In this document: positions 26,271 through 40,940 of the stretch, piece after piece
Position numbering within the stretch: position 1 is the stretch's first letter
Layout: every line of letters begins with the position of its first letter
Assembly: GCA_044892505.1 (NCBI GenBank)
Contig: CM097882.1
Span: 375,472,001-375,536,000 of the forward strand
Source of the DNA: Schmidtea nova
Lineage: Eukaryota
Length of the DNA: 64,000 nucleotides
Direction of reading: 5' to 3'
Made by a program: the position numbers and the translations under genes
The notes under the pieces: generated by a model
What the model was told of the DNA's origin: nothing
Seen by the model: the letters and a program-made list of their open reading frames with translations, nothing else
Database searches by the model: none

Positions 26271-28954
26271 NNNNNNNNNNNNNNNNNNNNNNNNNNNNNN
26301 NNNNNNNNNNNNNNNNNNNNNNNNNNNNNNNNNNNNNNNNNNNNNNNNNNNNNNNNNNNNNNNNNNNNNNNNNNNNNNNNNNNNNNNNNNNNNNNNNNNN
26401 NNNNNNNNNNNNNNNNNNNNNNNNNNNNNNNNNNNNNNNNNNNNNNNNNNNNNNNNNNNNNNNNNNNNTTCGTGTTAATCTATAAAAAAATAATGATTTA
26501 AATTTCTACTAAAAATAATGAAAATTATTATTAGATTCTTACGTAGATTCTTTTTATCGGGCTATTATAACATCAAATAACGTACGATTAATTCCTTAAT
26601 TGTGTCAAGAGATATTCGCTCAATTTATTCAATTGAGAATATTATTAACAAGAGTTTCCCCATCATCAACAATAGAAAAGTTAATGAATGTATTCATTCT
26701 AGTAGAATAGTACAATAACATAATTATGAAATGATAACCTTTATTAATGATGTTAAAGCTCGTAGCATCAAACCATTTAATTATTAATTATATAAATTTT
26801 TAATTAAAAAAACAATAATTTACTTGATAACTTATTCTGAATATCTTTGATTTCTTTCAAAATATTTGAATAATAAAGTTCTTCAGCTTCGAGGAAATTT
26901 AAAGATTTTTTAACTATAGTCGGATAATAATTTTGTTAAAATTAATATTTAAATACTCTTTCCTTTACTCCAGTAGAAATTTGCCAACTGTAAATATTAA
27001 TTATTTAAAAATATGCAAAATAAATAAATTATCAAATTTTTATGATGAAGAAATCTTTAGCTTAGGAAGAGTTGACAAAAGAACAAAAGAATACCTATGT
27101 GTTATGTAAACAGATAATTAAAAATACGTTTTAATTATTATTGTTGCTTAATTGAATTCTTAAGGAAACTTAGGAAACCGATTGCCTTAGTCGTACCAAT
27201 ATAAGTTTTGAAAGATTTATTTTATTTTACGTGAAAGCATTTAGATTTTCTAATTTCGTTATAATAATTAACAACAATGTTAACACAAGTTTTCGATAAC
27301 ACATTTAATTTTGATTTTTTTGATAAATTTTAAGCTTTACATGATTTTTTTTAAGGAGTACAACTTAAGCAACCTTGCCTTATATAAAGAAGGAGACTAT
27401 AACTAATATCGTATAATTTTCAAAGACTTAATGGCAATACCTGGTTAAAAGTATTTCTACAAGCTACATCTTGTCTTTTTATCATCGATATCATTAAAAT
27501 CCGTAGAAAGCACAGTTATCCTACAAAATATACCCGTGAACTCGTGACCGGACACTTACCAGTGAGCTCGCTTATCGAACTTTGTACACATACCTACCAA
27601 CACATTATCTATGTCGATAGAAGGCATCTTTGCGATTCACCTTACCTTAACAGGGATTGCTCATTCATTGATGTACAATACCAATTTGATCTTCAACATT
27701 TTTTATTGTTATATATTCCTTTCTCGATTTAACCTATTTGTGACCTAGCGTTAACACCCACTTTTGTTTTTGCACGCACCAATCTTTCAAAATATTGATC
27801 AGCGTTCCGCCCTTATTTTCAAGTTATGCTTTGAAATTTTCTAAGTTCCTTTTGAAAGATCGAAAAATTTGCAAAGGGATCCGTTATTATTTTCAGGTTT
27901 CGTTCGCAATTAGCCTGTTAATTTTGTCCTTCGAAAAATTTGCGGATGAATCTGCATGTATTTTCTGGCAATTTTCCCTGATAAAATAATTATACAATTT
28001 ATTTTGGTTCCATATCCTGAAAAGATCCCAGAATTTATAATTATTACTCTGTTTAGGGTAAGTGAGCTCGACAAGAATAAAAAGTCTTATCGGAGTTCTC
28101 CTTATTCCATCCCGCATGATTTTAGTCACAACTCTTTTACTTTACTAAGACCGTTCTGGAGACCTGTGGATAGCGCTAGAACGAACTAGAACAGAACGAA
28201 CTCGAGAAGAGAAGGTTTGATACTCTTTTGAGTCCATCCCTCTCGATTCCTTGTTCATACTTTTGAGAGTTATTCAAACTTTATGAAGATCGTGAGTCAA
28301 AACCTGACCAATAAAAAATAAAATAAAACTTCAAAATATTTATTATAAGAAAACTTTACTTCCAATTATCATTACACATTAAAAAATACAAATAACAATT
28401 GTGCAGAGTTCTGTAAATAAGTGAACTTTCAGATAAAAAAAATCTAACTGACGAGAGATAAACGAAGAATTAATTAACTCCTTCGTTGTGGCCATATAGA
28501 AATGCTGTGTGCAACAGGATAATTTGGTAATGTAATTTGGTTAAAACAAAGCACTTTTTATAATAAAACTTACAGGGTTCCAAAGACTATGCACAAAAAA
28601 TAACACCGTACATATAGATTGTCGAAGTGTAAAAAGAACAGTGTATGCCAAAGATATTCAAAATGTCACTAATTACACAGTGTACCAAAATCATAAAATG
28701 TTCTGTTCAAAGTTTTCTTTTAATTAATTAATTTATTCTAACGCCGCCTAGCGATTAAATTTGAAAAGAAATTGTTATTTTTGATGCTGTGTGCGATAGC
28801 AATTAAATGCAGTGTGTGGATTAATTTTATTAGTTACTTAATTGCAATACACAACATGACGAGACATACTCGTAAGTCACAGTGAAGGGGTTAATGATTA
28901 ATTTTAAAAACGTGACCAACAATATTAATAAATCTATTTCTTATTTTGTCTTTT

Positions 28955-29870
28955 CAATAATAATAAGAATAAAAATAAGAATAAGAATAATATTAATACG
29001 AATAAGAATATTAATATTAATAGCAATAATATTAATAATAATAACAATAATAATATTAATCAATAATTCCCATAATGATGACTATACATCAAAATTTGTT
29101 TTTATAAACAATAACACAATATTTCGGCACAGCCTTTATCAAGTGTGTATCCACACTTGATAAAGGCTGTACCGAAATATTGTGTTATTGTTTATAAAAA
29201 CAAATTTTGATCTATAGTCATCATTATGGGAATTATTGATAAAAAAAGATCAAAGGTGAAAAAAGATAATTATGATAATGATAATAATAATAAAATTAAT
29301 AATAATAACAATATTAATATGAATAATAATAACAATAATAATATTAATATTATTAATAATAATAATAAATTAATAAGTAAGAAAATAAGCCTTTGCTGCA
29401 AAATCAATTTTATTAAGTGAGAAAATTTTCGATTAAAAATAATCCTCGTCAATTGAAAATTTATAATCGAAAATTTTCTCACTTAATAAAATTGTTTTTG
29501 CAGTAATGGCTAATTTTCTTACTTATTAATTTATTTAATACTTAATGCTTCTACCAGAGAGTCACCATTTTATAATAATAATATTATTAATATTATTATC
29601 AATAATTCTCATAATGACTATAGATCAAATTTTTTTTTATAAACAATAACACAATATTTCGGCACAGCCTTTATCAAGTGAAATACACACTTGATAAAGG
29701 CTGTGCCGAAATATTGTGTTATTGTTTATAAAAAAAAATTTTGATCTATAGTCATTATGAGAATTATTGATAATAATAATAAAAAAAGATCAAAGGTGAA
29801 AAAAGATAATTATGATAATATTATTAATAATAATAATATTATTAATAATAATAATAATAATAATAAATTA
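28955..29870. repeat. Palindromic AAT-associated repeat, cluster 2, with a nested unrelated hairpin (29365-29535)
   Basis: Two hairpins centred at ~29150 and ~29683 separated by AAT tracts; nested inverted repeat TTATTAAGTGAGAAAATTTTCGATTA / TAATCGAAAATTTTCTCACTTAATAA. Confidence 0.9.
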
Positions 29871-31012
29871 TTTGGCATTCAATCTGTAAGATGTATTTAT
29901 ATAAATTATTCATATTTATAGCATTTCTATTTTATTATTTTAATGTTGTAGTATGTTGAAATTGTTCGAAATATTATTTAGATTTAAATTAATTCTCCAT
30001 ATATGAATTAGGAAAATACGTTGCTTTAATAATATAGAATTTTCCACGTCTTTGAATTTGTTGATGCATTAAACTAAAGCAAATCCTAACACAATCGAAG
30101 TGCAATGGCAATGCAATATAAATTGAAAACATGTCTTTGTTTCAACATAGAAAATTATTTGAAAAAGTTCTTTGTTTCAACATAGAAAAATTTTTGAAAA
30201 ATGATGAGTCATATTACAACAAAGAAATATGACAACAAAAAAATTTTTTATTCGATTTCTGGAAAAATATAAACATTTCATGGGGGGGGGGTACTAAAAA
30301 GTTAGTAAAAATTGTTGAAAAGCTCTATGTTATAAAAACGACGAGTCATCGATTTTTTTGACATGACCACTTTGGCGCTTTATAGAACAAAGACCTTTAT
30401 AGGACAAAATGTATGACGCATCATCTTGTAGCATGACTCATCCTTTATCAGATGCATAACTCGCCATGATGACTCATCGCTTCACCGATGAGTCATTCCG
30501 TCTTGAGCCATAGAGTACCCTTCTCACTACTGTAACCTTTAACCCAGCTAAACGCGTGATGGTGTAAATTCCTACCATAGCATAAAAGTCACGTGATCCT
30601 TCTTAATTTTAAATGTAACTTACTTTTAGTTTAAGAAAGTAAAATTAGTCTAAAAAATAATAATATCATAGCCCAGTTCCTTATCACCCTCAAAGGTTAA
30701 AATGCAAAGTTTTAAAATATTTTTTTTGCAATTTTGATACTTTCTTTCGCCACCTTCCAATTTAGAAGAGGCTAAAAGCAGATAGAAATAGGATTATAGA
30801 AATGTGGAAAATCACTCAATGGTGAAATGCATAGACGATTTTACTGATAAATAAAATATTTCAAAATAAAAAGCTATTGCTTTTTTAAGTTATTATTTCT
30901 GTACGAGTAGAAGGACTTATAAAGTATTTTTAATAATGATGTACTTTTTTAATTATTTTTATTATTATTGGGCGTATTATTATTTGATTATTATATTCTT
31001 ATACACATTTAA

Positions 31013-31948
31013 CCCTTTAAGGACGGGATTTTTTAAAAGAAAGTTTTAAAAAAATAAACATGTTTTTTATTCAAAAGTTTATTTTTGTATGATAAATTTC
31101 AAAACAATCAACAACACAACCCAACATCACAATAATTACATAATGTAATTTACATTCAAATCTTGGTCGCTTATTTGCAAATTTTTTTGATCCTGTTGTA
31201 CAAACTATACATTTTCTTTGGCCGGTAATGTTTTGATTGTTCTTTTCAATGTAAGAAGGAAAGTGTCTTGAAGATAAACGAAGAGGATTAGATATTCTTG
31301 ATCTACCAACACTTGTTTTACGCATTGAACCGTATTAGCAGGATTACACAGATAAACACATACATTTCACTCGAACTTGTATCATACTATTTGAATATTC
31401 TTGATGTGAACACTGCTGATGATAAGTATTTGTTTGAATAACAATATAATTTATAAATTCTTCATCTAAGAAATGTTCAAAATAATCAATTGAAAAAGAA
31501 ACAATCTAATTGAATTTCTGAATTTACACCTGGAATATATGTAAAATTCCATTATTTAGGTTGAAAATGACCATCGACCCAGTCTGAACTTGATAAATTT
31601 GATTCATTTTCACTATCTGAACCAGAATAATCTTCGATTTCAGTTTCAGAACCAGAATCTTCATCACAAAAAAATTCAGAAATAAGAGTTAGAATTATCC
31701 ATTTCAGATATAAATTTCAAAATAAAACTTTTTTTATAAAAACTTCTCAATTTATTGATTTTTTGAACAGAATGTGATTTTACAATGGGAAAAAATATCA
31801 AAATTTTTTAATTTTTTCAAAGTAGGTCATGCTATATATCAAAATGTGCATCTTTTAATTATCTTTCAAATGATTCCTAAATAAAAAATTGTTAACCCGG
31901 TCTCAAGATATTTGAGTTAGTATATATAGTACGCCCGTCCTGAAAGGG
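31013..31948 (-). mobile_element. Non-autonomous (internally deleted) piggyBac
   Basis: TTAA TSDs, TIRs CCCTTT.AGGACGGG, acidic N-terminal relic and C-terminal Cys-rich domain (RLSSRHFP..RKCIVC..RFECK). Confidence 0.93.
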
Positions 31949-34900
31949 TTAAACAATACTTATAGAATTATTGATCGTAAAATGTATTATCTGTACCCGA
32001 AGTAACCGGAATGAATTGAAATGAAGCACAGAAAAGATATCATTTCTATCAGTATAAATCACATTCGAAATGCAAAACCGCGAAGCTAATGATCCGCCCA
32101 ATCTAAATACGTGGCATTACATTCGGGTATTCCCGCAGATAGCTCATTTTATAATTGTTTTTAAAAATAATTTCAAAAAATCTAAAAACGACTTACCGAT
32201 CTGAGGCATCGAGGAATATTGGAAAATTTACTGTCTTCTTCAAGATCCTGTAAACATTTCCTGTAGTATAGGGCGCTTTTTTCTAGTAAACCAATTTTTT
32301 TATATTTCTGAATTTTTTATTTTTTTTGTAAGGTTAAAAACTTCTTTCTTACCTCAGCCTTTTGAAAGTTTTGCTCTCTTTCAGATATTTCCATGCTTCT
32401 TTTATAAGAAAATGATCAAAAATAAATACAAAATGTGCAAAGAATTGCCCTATTTCTATATAAATATGCTTTGTTTAATAATTGAATTCAGTTTTATTTA
32501 TTATTCATAATCAATTATAATTTTATAAGTTATTGAAATTGATATAATATTGTTAACATTATTATTCAAATATTCAAACAAACAAATGTTATGCAGAAAG
32601 AAAAAGTAAAAAATAATATTAAAATAAATAAAATAATCAAACAAATAAATATTGAATGGTTTGGACTGAATAAATTTTATTGTTCTAAATTTTTTAAAAA
32701 TTAATTTAAAATTTTGGTGCCCTAACCACACTATATAAATATTATGCAAAATACAGCACAGTAGAAATTTTAATATATATATATATCCGGTATACCGGTA
32801 TTTGAGCTAAAATAGTAAAATTATAATACCGACGAGGTCGCCCGCAGAAAATTTCTAAGGGGGCAAAATATTTTTAGTAATGTTTTAATGAATTTTTAAT
32901 TTACTGTAGCGTATTGGTATGGTGAACGAACGGGCAGAACACTGTATTAATGAAGGGCATACTGTAGCAACAAATTGTTTATTAACACAAAATATGTTTA
33001 GAACAAAAATATTACGACATAAATTTAAAATAAATTTATTCTTTAAACAAGAACTAGAATCGTCTGTCCATCTTGTCTCACATAGAAAAGGAATATTTGG
33101 GACAGGGGACCTCATTTTTGGGTTTTCACGAACGCTTGACGCTCACGTCACACCAGTGCGTCGCCAACCTGGCGATGATGTTGCTCCAGGCTGGCCAACG
33201 TTCTGTTTCTCCACACTTTCTTTATGCTAACACAAAGTGATTTAAAATAAAAGTAATATTATTTGACTATTTTCAATCAATCCCCCTTGCGATATTCATA
33301 TATACTGACATTAACGTTATTGAAATTTCTTTTATTCAAATAATTTCTATAATTTTTAAAAATTTTAGAAATATTTTTCAATGAAAAAATATTTCAAATG
33401 AATTTTGCCAAAAAAATTTCGTTAAATTTGAACACACCACGATAAATTTACTGAGTAACAATAGTCAGAAAAAATCAGAAAAATTGTCAATATTCAATTA
33501 TAATTTTAAAACGAATGCATCGTTAATCGGGATAGACACAGACAAAATTGTATATTTAGTAAGCACTTTTAAAAATAAAATATAAATTCTTTCATTAAGA
33601 AATGCAATCAAGAAATTGTTATCGTTAAGATTAAAAATGGAATTAAATATAAAAAATCAAAAAAAATATTTTTTTAATAATTTTCATGATATTTCAAAAA
33701 ATAAAGATTTTTGAAAAGCTCCTTGTTCTATAAATTCATAAGCAGTCCATTGAGTCCAATGGATAATGGGACCTGGTTTTAATGATGAAACAGAAGTAAA
33801 AACGTTGGTAGTTATATTATTATATAACAAATGATAATATTTTATCCTGATTTTATTAATTTATTTCTTAAATTTATAGCAATTTTTATTTTATAAATAT
33901 TTGAAATTAGACAAATAGAAGACAAACAACATTCTCGATATTTAATTTTCTTAAATGTTAAAGAGCTATGTAAGTTCATAAAGTTTTTCTGTTTATGGAG
34001 GTAATAATGTTGTTATAAGGGCAATATTAAAGTAGTTTCGTTAATTTAAATAAGGAAATTATTTTACCAAAAGCGCAGAATGCTATTATGGACCATATAA
34101 TGTTGACGGCTAATGAATATTTTGATGAAAAATATATTCATCCAATAAAATAATAAATTAATTTAGGGTTTCTCATCAAAACCCATTTAATAAGACTCTA
34201 TCCGTTTTTGTTTAAAGACCGATTAACCTTGAATTCAAAGACTTACTTTTAAAAGGCAACTGAGGTGAGCCATTTACTCATCAACGTGACCACATAGGTA
34301 AATCTTTTATATTTGAAGTTGACACATCTTTCACCACTTTCTCAAAGATTCCAGTCAAAATTCTCCAAACCCTCTTGATTCGTGTATTTTACCATCTTAT
34401 TACACAACCAAATACTTTTCAGAAACCACACCAAACAATACTCCAGGGTTTCTTTTATCTTTTACCTTTCCTTTTGTCTTATGTATATGTATGCATTTAT
34501 CAAGTACTGTAACATTTGCTTTTGTTTATAGCATATTGATTCTGGAAATGTTGTGTTATAATTTACAAATTTTTATTTGTTCATTGAAACACATCTTGGC
34601 ATTTGTTAAATACCACTTAGCATTTTCTTTGCCGAAAATGTGGGCACCCGAATTTATTGCGTAAGTCAAAAGCGTTCAGTGTAGACTTAAAGACTGTATT
34701 ATTTTCCAATGTATATATTTTTCACTTTGATTGATTAAAACTTTCCTGAAATTGACTCGACAGAAAATTCCACATGGCTATAAATGTGTTATGTGGAAAA
34801 TTCTATAGTTGCATTCTATCGAGGAACTATCGAGGAAATTCTACATTCAAAACTACCGACAGGTCAATTTGTCACATGATTAATACTGTCTTACAAATAG

Positions 34901-37208
34901 GTTCATTTAAAACTTTAGTCAAGAGTGTTGGAAAAAATCTTTTATTCTTTTATTGCAATTTCTTTTTTAATGGAATGAACTCATAAATGTTAACTGTCAA
35001 AATAAGGGATCTAATAGTTCTAGTATCAATCACGAGATCCATGTTGTTGGGTTGACAAACATAAATAAATGTGATAATCAACAATTAATTAAGAAATGAC
35101 AATAATCAAAGAAAAACATTAAGGTAACAATAAAACAAGCAAAGAATAATCAATAAGAAAAGATTACAATTAAAACAAATAAATAAAATTGGAAATCGAT
35201 CAAAAGTGACAAAATTACGAAATTGAGCAGAAATTAGAAAAACAGAGAATTAAGGAAAATAAATACAATGAATAAAAGAAATAAAAAAAAATAACAGAAT
35301 AATAACAGAATAATGGAATAAAATATGATAATATTATAAATCGGGTCATTGGACCAATAAAACAGCAGCTCAATTCTGATTGGCTGCCTGAGCGTTGATT
35401 TCACTATATAAGGAAGCGCTCAGGACAGCATAATTAATGTCATTTCCACACCAAAAACCAGTTAAATTCGCGTCCAGCACATACTTACATAATTATCAAC
35501 AACACTCGGAGGAAGAACCATTCGATTTGCAAATCTTGAGCGGAAAGCAGTTGTAAGTATTTGTGTTATGATCTAAATATAAATTTATACCAAAAATCAC
35601 ACTCGTTCTCACATGTTTTATTTTAATATATATAATGTGAGAGTTCGGCGATCCCGTTGATTATCGGCTCTCCGGGGTTATCTCTCTCTGCTTCGTGTCT
35701 CGACACGGGCGGAGATAGGTTGCTCCGTAAAGACCTTTTCATAGTACAGATAGTTAATGACGGGTGAATGTTGGAAAAGGCAGTAGTGTTCCCAAATCCC
35801 GGACCCAACATCAATTTTTAGGGAAAATTACGCTAGAATTGTGGCAATGACGAGCGTTGCAATTGTAGAAGCACGAATTTCAAATGATGACAGTGGCGAC
35901 CAAGACCCCACTGAGGTTTTTGATGAATAAAAGTATGAAGGTCTTAAAGCAGGCAGTGGGGTTCCAGAATCTTTTAATTGAACTACCAATTAACCAAAAA
36001 TTGCTTACGAGTTATAAAAATGACCAGTGTCCCAACGGGGGATTGTTTTTCCAGAATGTGAACAATGTCAATAATTTTCCGAACCCGATTAGGTAATTCC
36101 CAGTGAATAAAAGTTGCGAGCCCGTGAGCGAGAGCAATCCGATTTCCAGCATCGTGTAGTTAACATAACGGGGTTGTTTAGTCGATGTTTATACCACAAC
36201 CCACCCAATGAAATGAATTCCGAGTATTTTACCAGCTGATCTAAATTACCAAATGTAAATCGATTGCCCATTGAGATGTGAATTTTCCAGGGTTTCCGTA
36301 GCGCATCAAGCATGCCAAATTAGCCGAAATAATCTCGTTCGCATCTGTCGAAAATTTAACAAATTTCCCTCCACATGAATTACGTCACCAACTAGACACG
36401 ACAGTAAATGATATTCAAGTCAGCCTAAAAATATGTAGACGACATCGCCCAGTAAATAGAAATGAGTCCCACATTATCAGATAATTAACAAGCGGTAATG
36501 GCAACCGAGTATAGGGAAATGTTATCGTGAAATATTTGCAGTTAATCCAAAATACGTGCGAGCGAAATCAAATTTCCGGAAGGGTAATTATTGATCACTA
36601 CAACATCAATGATAATTTCACCATTACTGAGGAAGTGCGTCGCAATTAAACTGTCTCGCCTAGAAGGGGAACCCATGGCACTTTGACAATTATCCGAGTT
36701 TTTCAGACAGCAATTAAATTTAATCGTTGATATGCGACAATTAAATCGACAAATGGGCAAGTCCCCATGCGCAATTAAATGTTACTACATGCAATTCCGA
36801 CTGATAATGTGGAAAATCGTAAATAGGGAATATGCAGTCTAACGAATTGTGGGTGCTACGCATTAGAGTTTTAATAGTTAATGCACGATATCGGAAATTC
36901 AGCATGGCCCTAGAATACTTACGAACTCTATAAATGTCAATAACCACACCGCCCGGAACCCTAAATAAATGTCAAACGTACGCGANNNNNNNNNNNNNNN
37001 NNNNNNNNNNNNNNNNNNNNNNNNNNNNNNNNNNNNNNNNNNNNNNNNNNNNNNNNNNNNNNNNNNNNNNNNNNNNNNNNNNNNNNNNNNNNNNNNNNNN
37101 NNNNNNNNNNNNNCATAACATGTTCTACACTGGCATACAAATTCAAGGAACGAGTCGTCGACGAATCAGGCAACTACAATCCATCGCGGCGTTTATAACA
37201 ATCATTTA

Positions 37209-37487
37209 GTGCTATCAATGCCCCTCAAGGAAATACCAACCGAACTCGCCAGAGAAATTTTCGCTGAGCATAGAACGGAATTTGGACTAACGGGGGCCAC
37301 TCCTCCGTTCAGTTTATTTAGAGATAGCCCATCGGAAGTCATCTGGCGTGGCAGTAAGGAGTGGCCGATCGATGTGGATCGCCCTTACTGGCCCAATCAA
37401 GCAAGCTATTTCGTGGAGACTTTCACTGAGATTCCCGGGAGATTTATGTGTACTTCAAAGAGGAGATACCACAAGCCGAATTTTTAA
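37209..37487 (+). pseudogene. Cassette ORF1, unknown family (disrupted)
   Basis: PLKEIPTEL..HRTEF..FSLF..EVIWRG..WPI aligns with PLKNLPTSL..WRQEF..FSIW..EIWYPG..WSI in 19946-20260. Confidence 0.6.
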
Positions 37488-38031
37488 GTACGGGACGCTT
37501 TGTGTTTGCTCCTGCTCCAACGCCAAGCCCTACCGACTCGCCGTTCAGCCCCTCGACGCTCAGTGAATCCGAAGGAAATAGTAGTGATGTCGAAATCCTC
37601 GGGGAAGACTATATATTTTAAAAATGCGTGATCAATGTAGTTATTATATGTTCCGTCGTTGTTCTTCAATTATCTTGGGAAATTAAAAAATTTAGTGTAG
37701 ATACATAAAGTAATAATCGTGAATAAGAAATGCGGGTAAATATGAATGAATAAATTGGTAAAAGCATAGACAACAAAGTGGTATTTTACAATTAATAGAA
37801 ATCGACCTAGTTAAGTGAAAGAAAGTCAAGGAAAGCGTCGTATATAATAAATGGGGACAAGTTATATAAATGCCCAGGGTTAGGCAACCGAGAGTAGTCA
37901 CAGAAAGAGATTGATGACAGGTAGAATAAAATTTTATGGGAACCGAGTAAGAGCTGCTTCGAAATCACTCGTATTGTTATTAAATATAATCTGACGGTTA
38001 CGAATTTGTTTTCTATCTCCAAACAGGAACT

Positions 38032-38448
38032 ATGGCTATCAATGAAAAGATCATAGGACAGCTAAAGAGAAGAATCATCGACGTTGAGAGCAGTTATTTC
38101 TCGCCGACGGAAATGAAGAGAGTAAACGAAAAGTTGATAAGAGCAACGCAAGTAATACAAGACCAGAGGATAGAGATAGATGCGTTAAAAATTGAACTGA
38201 AAAAACTGCCAATCGTTTATCACGGAAAAGTTCATTTTAAGGGTTTGATTCGCCCGATAATCTTGGAGAAGTGGTTTCTCACGCCGGATCAGTCAACGAG
38301 TACAGCAATCGAGACGACTACAATTCAGCCGACAAAGCGAAAACGACGTAAATCACATGCGCAACGCCGACAACAGATGAAGCTGAAGTTGAAGATCGAA
38401 GCCAACAAAGTGATCATTGAAGCTAACATTTCCCGAGCGAGGGACTAA
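38032..38448 (+). CDS. Cassette ORF2, 138-aa coiled-coil protein with basic tail
   Basis: Acceptor AAACAG just upstream of ATG; heptad pattern; KRKRRK; AATAAA downstream; aligns with decayed frame at 20640-20890. Confidence 0.6.
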   Translation: MAINEKIIGQLKRRIIDVESSYFSPTEMKRVNEKLIRATQVIQDQRIEIDALKIELKKLPIVYHGKVHFKGLIRPIILEKWFLTPDQSTSTAIETTTIQPTKRKRRKSHAQRRQQMKLKLKIEANKVIIEANISRARD

Positions 38449-40530
38449 AAACACAAAAAATTAAATGCATTTCTAACTGTAATGTTATATGAATAAATAT
38501 ATGTATATAAATAAAAATGTGTTGTTGCTTATCGGATAAGGTTCAAGTTAGAGTAAATGCTAAAGAGAATAATAGTGAATCGTAAACTTAAGTCGAGTTG
38601 TCTTGTAAAGCGGTAAGGAATAAGGTAGCTAGTAAGAATGATTAAAGAAGTAGGCTGAAGTGCAAGTTAGGAAACAGGAAGCGTACACCCGAAAGAGAGA
38701 CCAACGCAGGGTGAGGAGAAATAGAGTAAGACCTTCTATCGGTCAAGCGAGAACCCGAAAGATGCGACAAGTCAGAAGTAGTTCTTGTAAAGGATCTCAC
38801 CTGCTGACTTGCGATTGGCTATTATACACACTACCAACGTGAATGATTAGGGTAATTCACGGGTGTTTGAACAGTAAAGCTTTTATGTGTGTGTTGGACC
38901 CTAGAGAGCATGGAAGTACAATTCAGAAAGAGAAAATCCGAAAGTCAGAAAGTCAGAAAGCCAATTCAAGTTTAAATTTTTACCACAACACACCAACACT
39001 GTGATATAAACATTTATGCAACTATCTTCACTATAGCACAATTAGCATGATGCTTCTTCCTTAGACGTTAGAGTTTGTGACAAAAAATAGAAGAACATCA
39101 TTTAGCGGAAGATTCTACTGATGACGTAAATGTTTGTATTCATGCCAGCTTGCGTTTAAGTCTCAGTTTTATTGCAAAAGTTGCATTTGCTTTTGATGAG
39201 CTGATAGAAACAAGCCATCAACAATTTTACAAATCAATGACAACATAAAAACCGAAAAGAAACCATTGATAAAGTTTGAAATTTCTTAACAGTTTATTTA
39301 ACAGCTCAGAATAATAGTTTACATTTGTTAGATACAGGGAAAATTGGAGAAGTATTTGAGTTGGATGAAGATTATAGCATAGGAATGAATAGGTACAAAC
39401 TATACATACACATTGAGCCAACCCCAAACAAGTCATAAAATACGATTATTCCTTACCGATTACAAAACTAATTTATCTTTGGGATCCTGACAGTTCATTT
39501 TGTGATTGATATCGGCAATTTATCTGTATTATGTTGACAATTAATCTATCATCATGACAATTTATCAATTTAAAATTCATGATCTTGCGAACATTTATTG
39601 ACTTTGTTTATGGTGATGGACAAAATATTATGTAATTTTGAAAGAATATTTTGTTTTAAAAATATTTTATGTAAATTAATATCTGAAAATATTTGAAAAT
39701 GGTATATATTTTGATTTATTTTTTTATTTATATTTTAATATTTTAATTCAATAAAATAAATTATAATAATAAAATAAATAAATAATACTGATTGTTTAAA
39801 TAAATTAAAATAAATAAATTACTGTTTGTTTAAATAAATTATATTTATGACCTACAAAGATCAGCAAAATAAAAAAATATTCCAATGTTAAAAAATGATT
39901 CTGTTTTGAAAACAATTTCAATCAACTAAAGTACCAAAATAACAATCATTATTGGCAGATTAAGTGCCTTAAAATTTAGTATAGAAACTGACTGATTTTT
40001 CAGACAAATCACCCCTAAAATCTTGTATTCTAAGATTAATTACAATTTTGGTAGACGACATTCTTTGATCATGCTTTTCGTTATTTTTATACAGCGATGA
40101 TCTTCCCCATTCAATTCTCGTGCAGTCCTTCGTGTGTAAATGCGACCTGCACTCAAACTGTGGGCTCTCTCTTGCGATGCCTCATTTCTATCATTTAAGA
40201 GCTATCTCCACCGACTTATCGAATACAGTTAGTATTATTACTGTAAATGTATATATTCACTGTTCAATATTAGTTTTAGTTGTTTGTATATGTGAATGTG
40301 AAGAAGAATTGTAGGTCCCGAGAGAGTCTGACGTTAGCAATGTGCCGACACTCGGGGTGTATGTTGTGTCGTGCGGGTACAGAGATAATAAACCAAATAA
40401 GAAAATAAACCGATAAAATGTATTAATAACCAACAAATAATTTAAAGTCTAACTATAAAAGTCTAACTTCGGTAATCTTCACGTCGTCTTTATCCAATTC
40501 TTTATTTTGTTGACTCACTATTAACGCTTG

Positions 40531-40940
40531 GATTTGAGATTGGATCGGGCCAAATCGAGATTGAGGCAAAATTTGGATTGGATTGGGCCAAATTGAGATT
40601 GAGGAAAAATTGAGATTGGATTGGGCCAAATGAGATTGGGGAAAAATTGAGATTGGATTGGGCCAAATTGAGATTGAGGAAAAATTGTTGTAATTATAAT
40701 TTGAGATTGGGTTGAGCTAATTAATAATTAATTAAGTTGAGTTAATAAGGTTGAGCCAAATTGAGCCAAATGGAGATAGAGGCAAACTTGAGAGTAGATT
40801 GAGCCAAATTGAGATAGAGGTAAAATTGAGAGTAGATTGAGCCAAATTGAGATAGAGGCAAAATTGAGAGTAGATTTAGCCAAATTGAGATAGAGGTAAA
40901 ATTGAGAGTAGATTGAGCCAAATTGAGATAGAGGCAAAAT
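40531..40940. repeat. ~38-bp minisatellite, two diverged sub-arrays
   Basis: AAATTGAGATTGGATTGGGCCAAATTGAGATTGAGGAA (~4 copies) and AAATTGAGAGTAGATTGAGCCAAATTGAGATAGAGGYA (~5 copies). Confidence 0.92.

Larger units (their letters stand above)
35045..38998 (+). mobile_element. ~4-kb TG..CA element (giant solo LTR or LARD-like) with promoter and two-ORF cassette (copy B)
   Basis: TGTTGG...CCAACA termini, flanks ATGT/CTGT (3/4 TSD), CCAAT boxes and TATATAA at ~35355-35412, GTAAGT donor at 35553, ORFs similar to copy A. Confidence 0.6.

Noticed and set aside
27690-28270. Possible decayed gag-like relic on the minus strand
   Set aside because: Too degenerate; no diagnostic motif.
30200-30520. 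Cluster of TGA(G/C)TCA AP-1-like sites
   Set aside because: More likely subterminal repeats of a MITE (GGGTACT..AGTACCC) than an enhancer.
40531-40940. CRISPR-like array
   Set aside because: Eukaryotic DNA; contiguous repeats without unique spacers.
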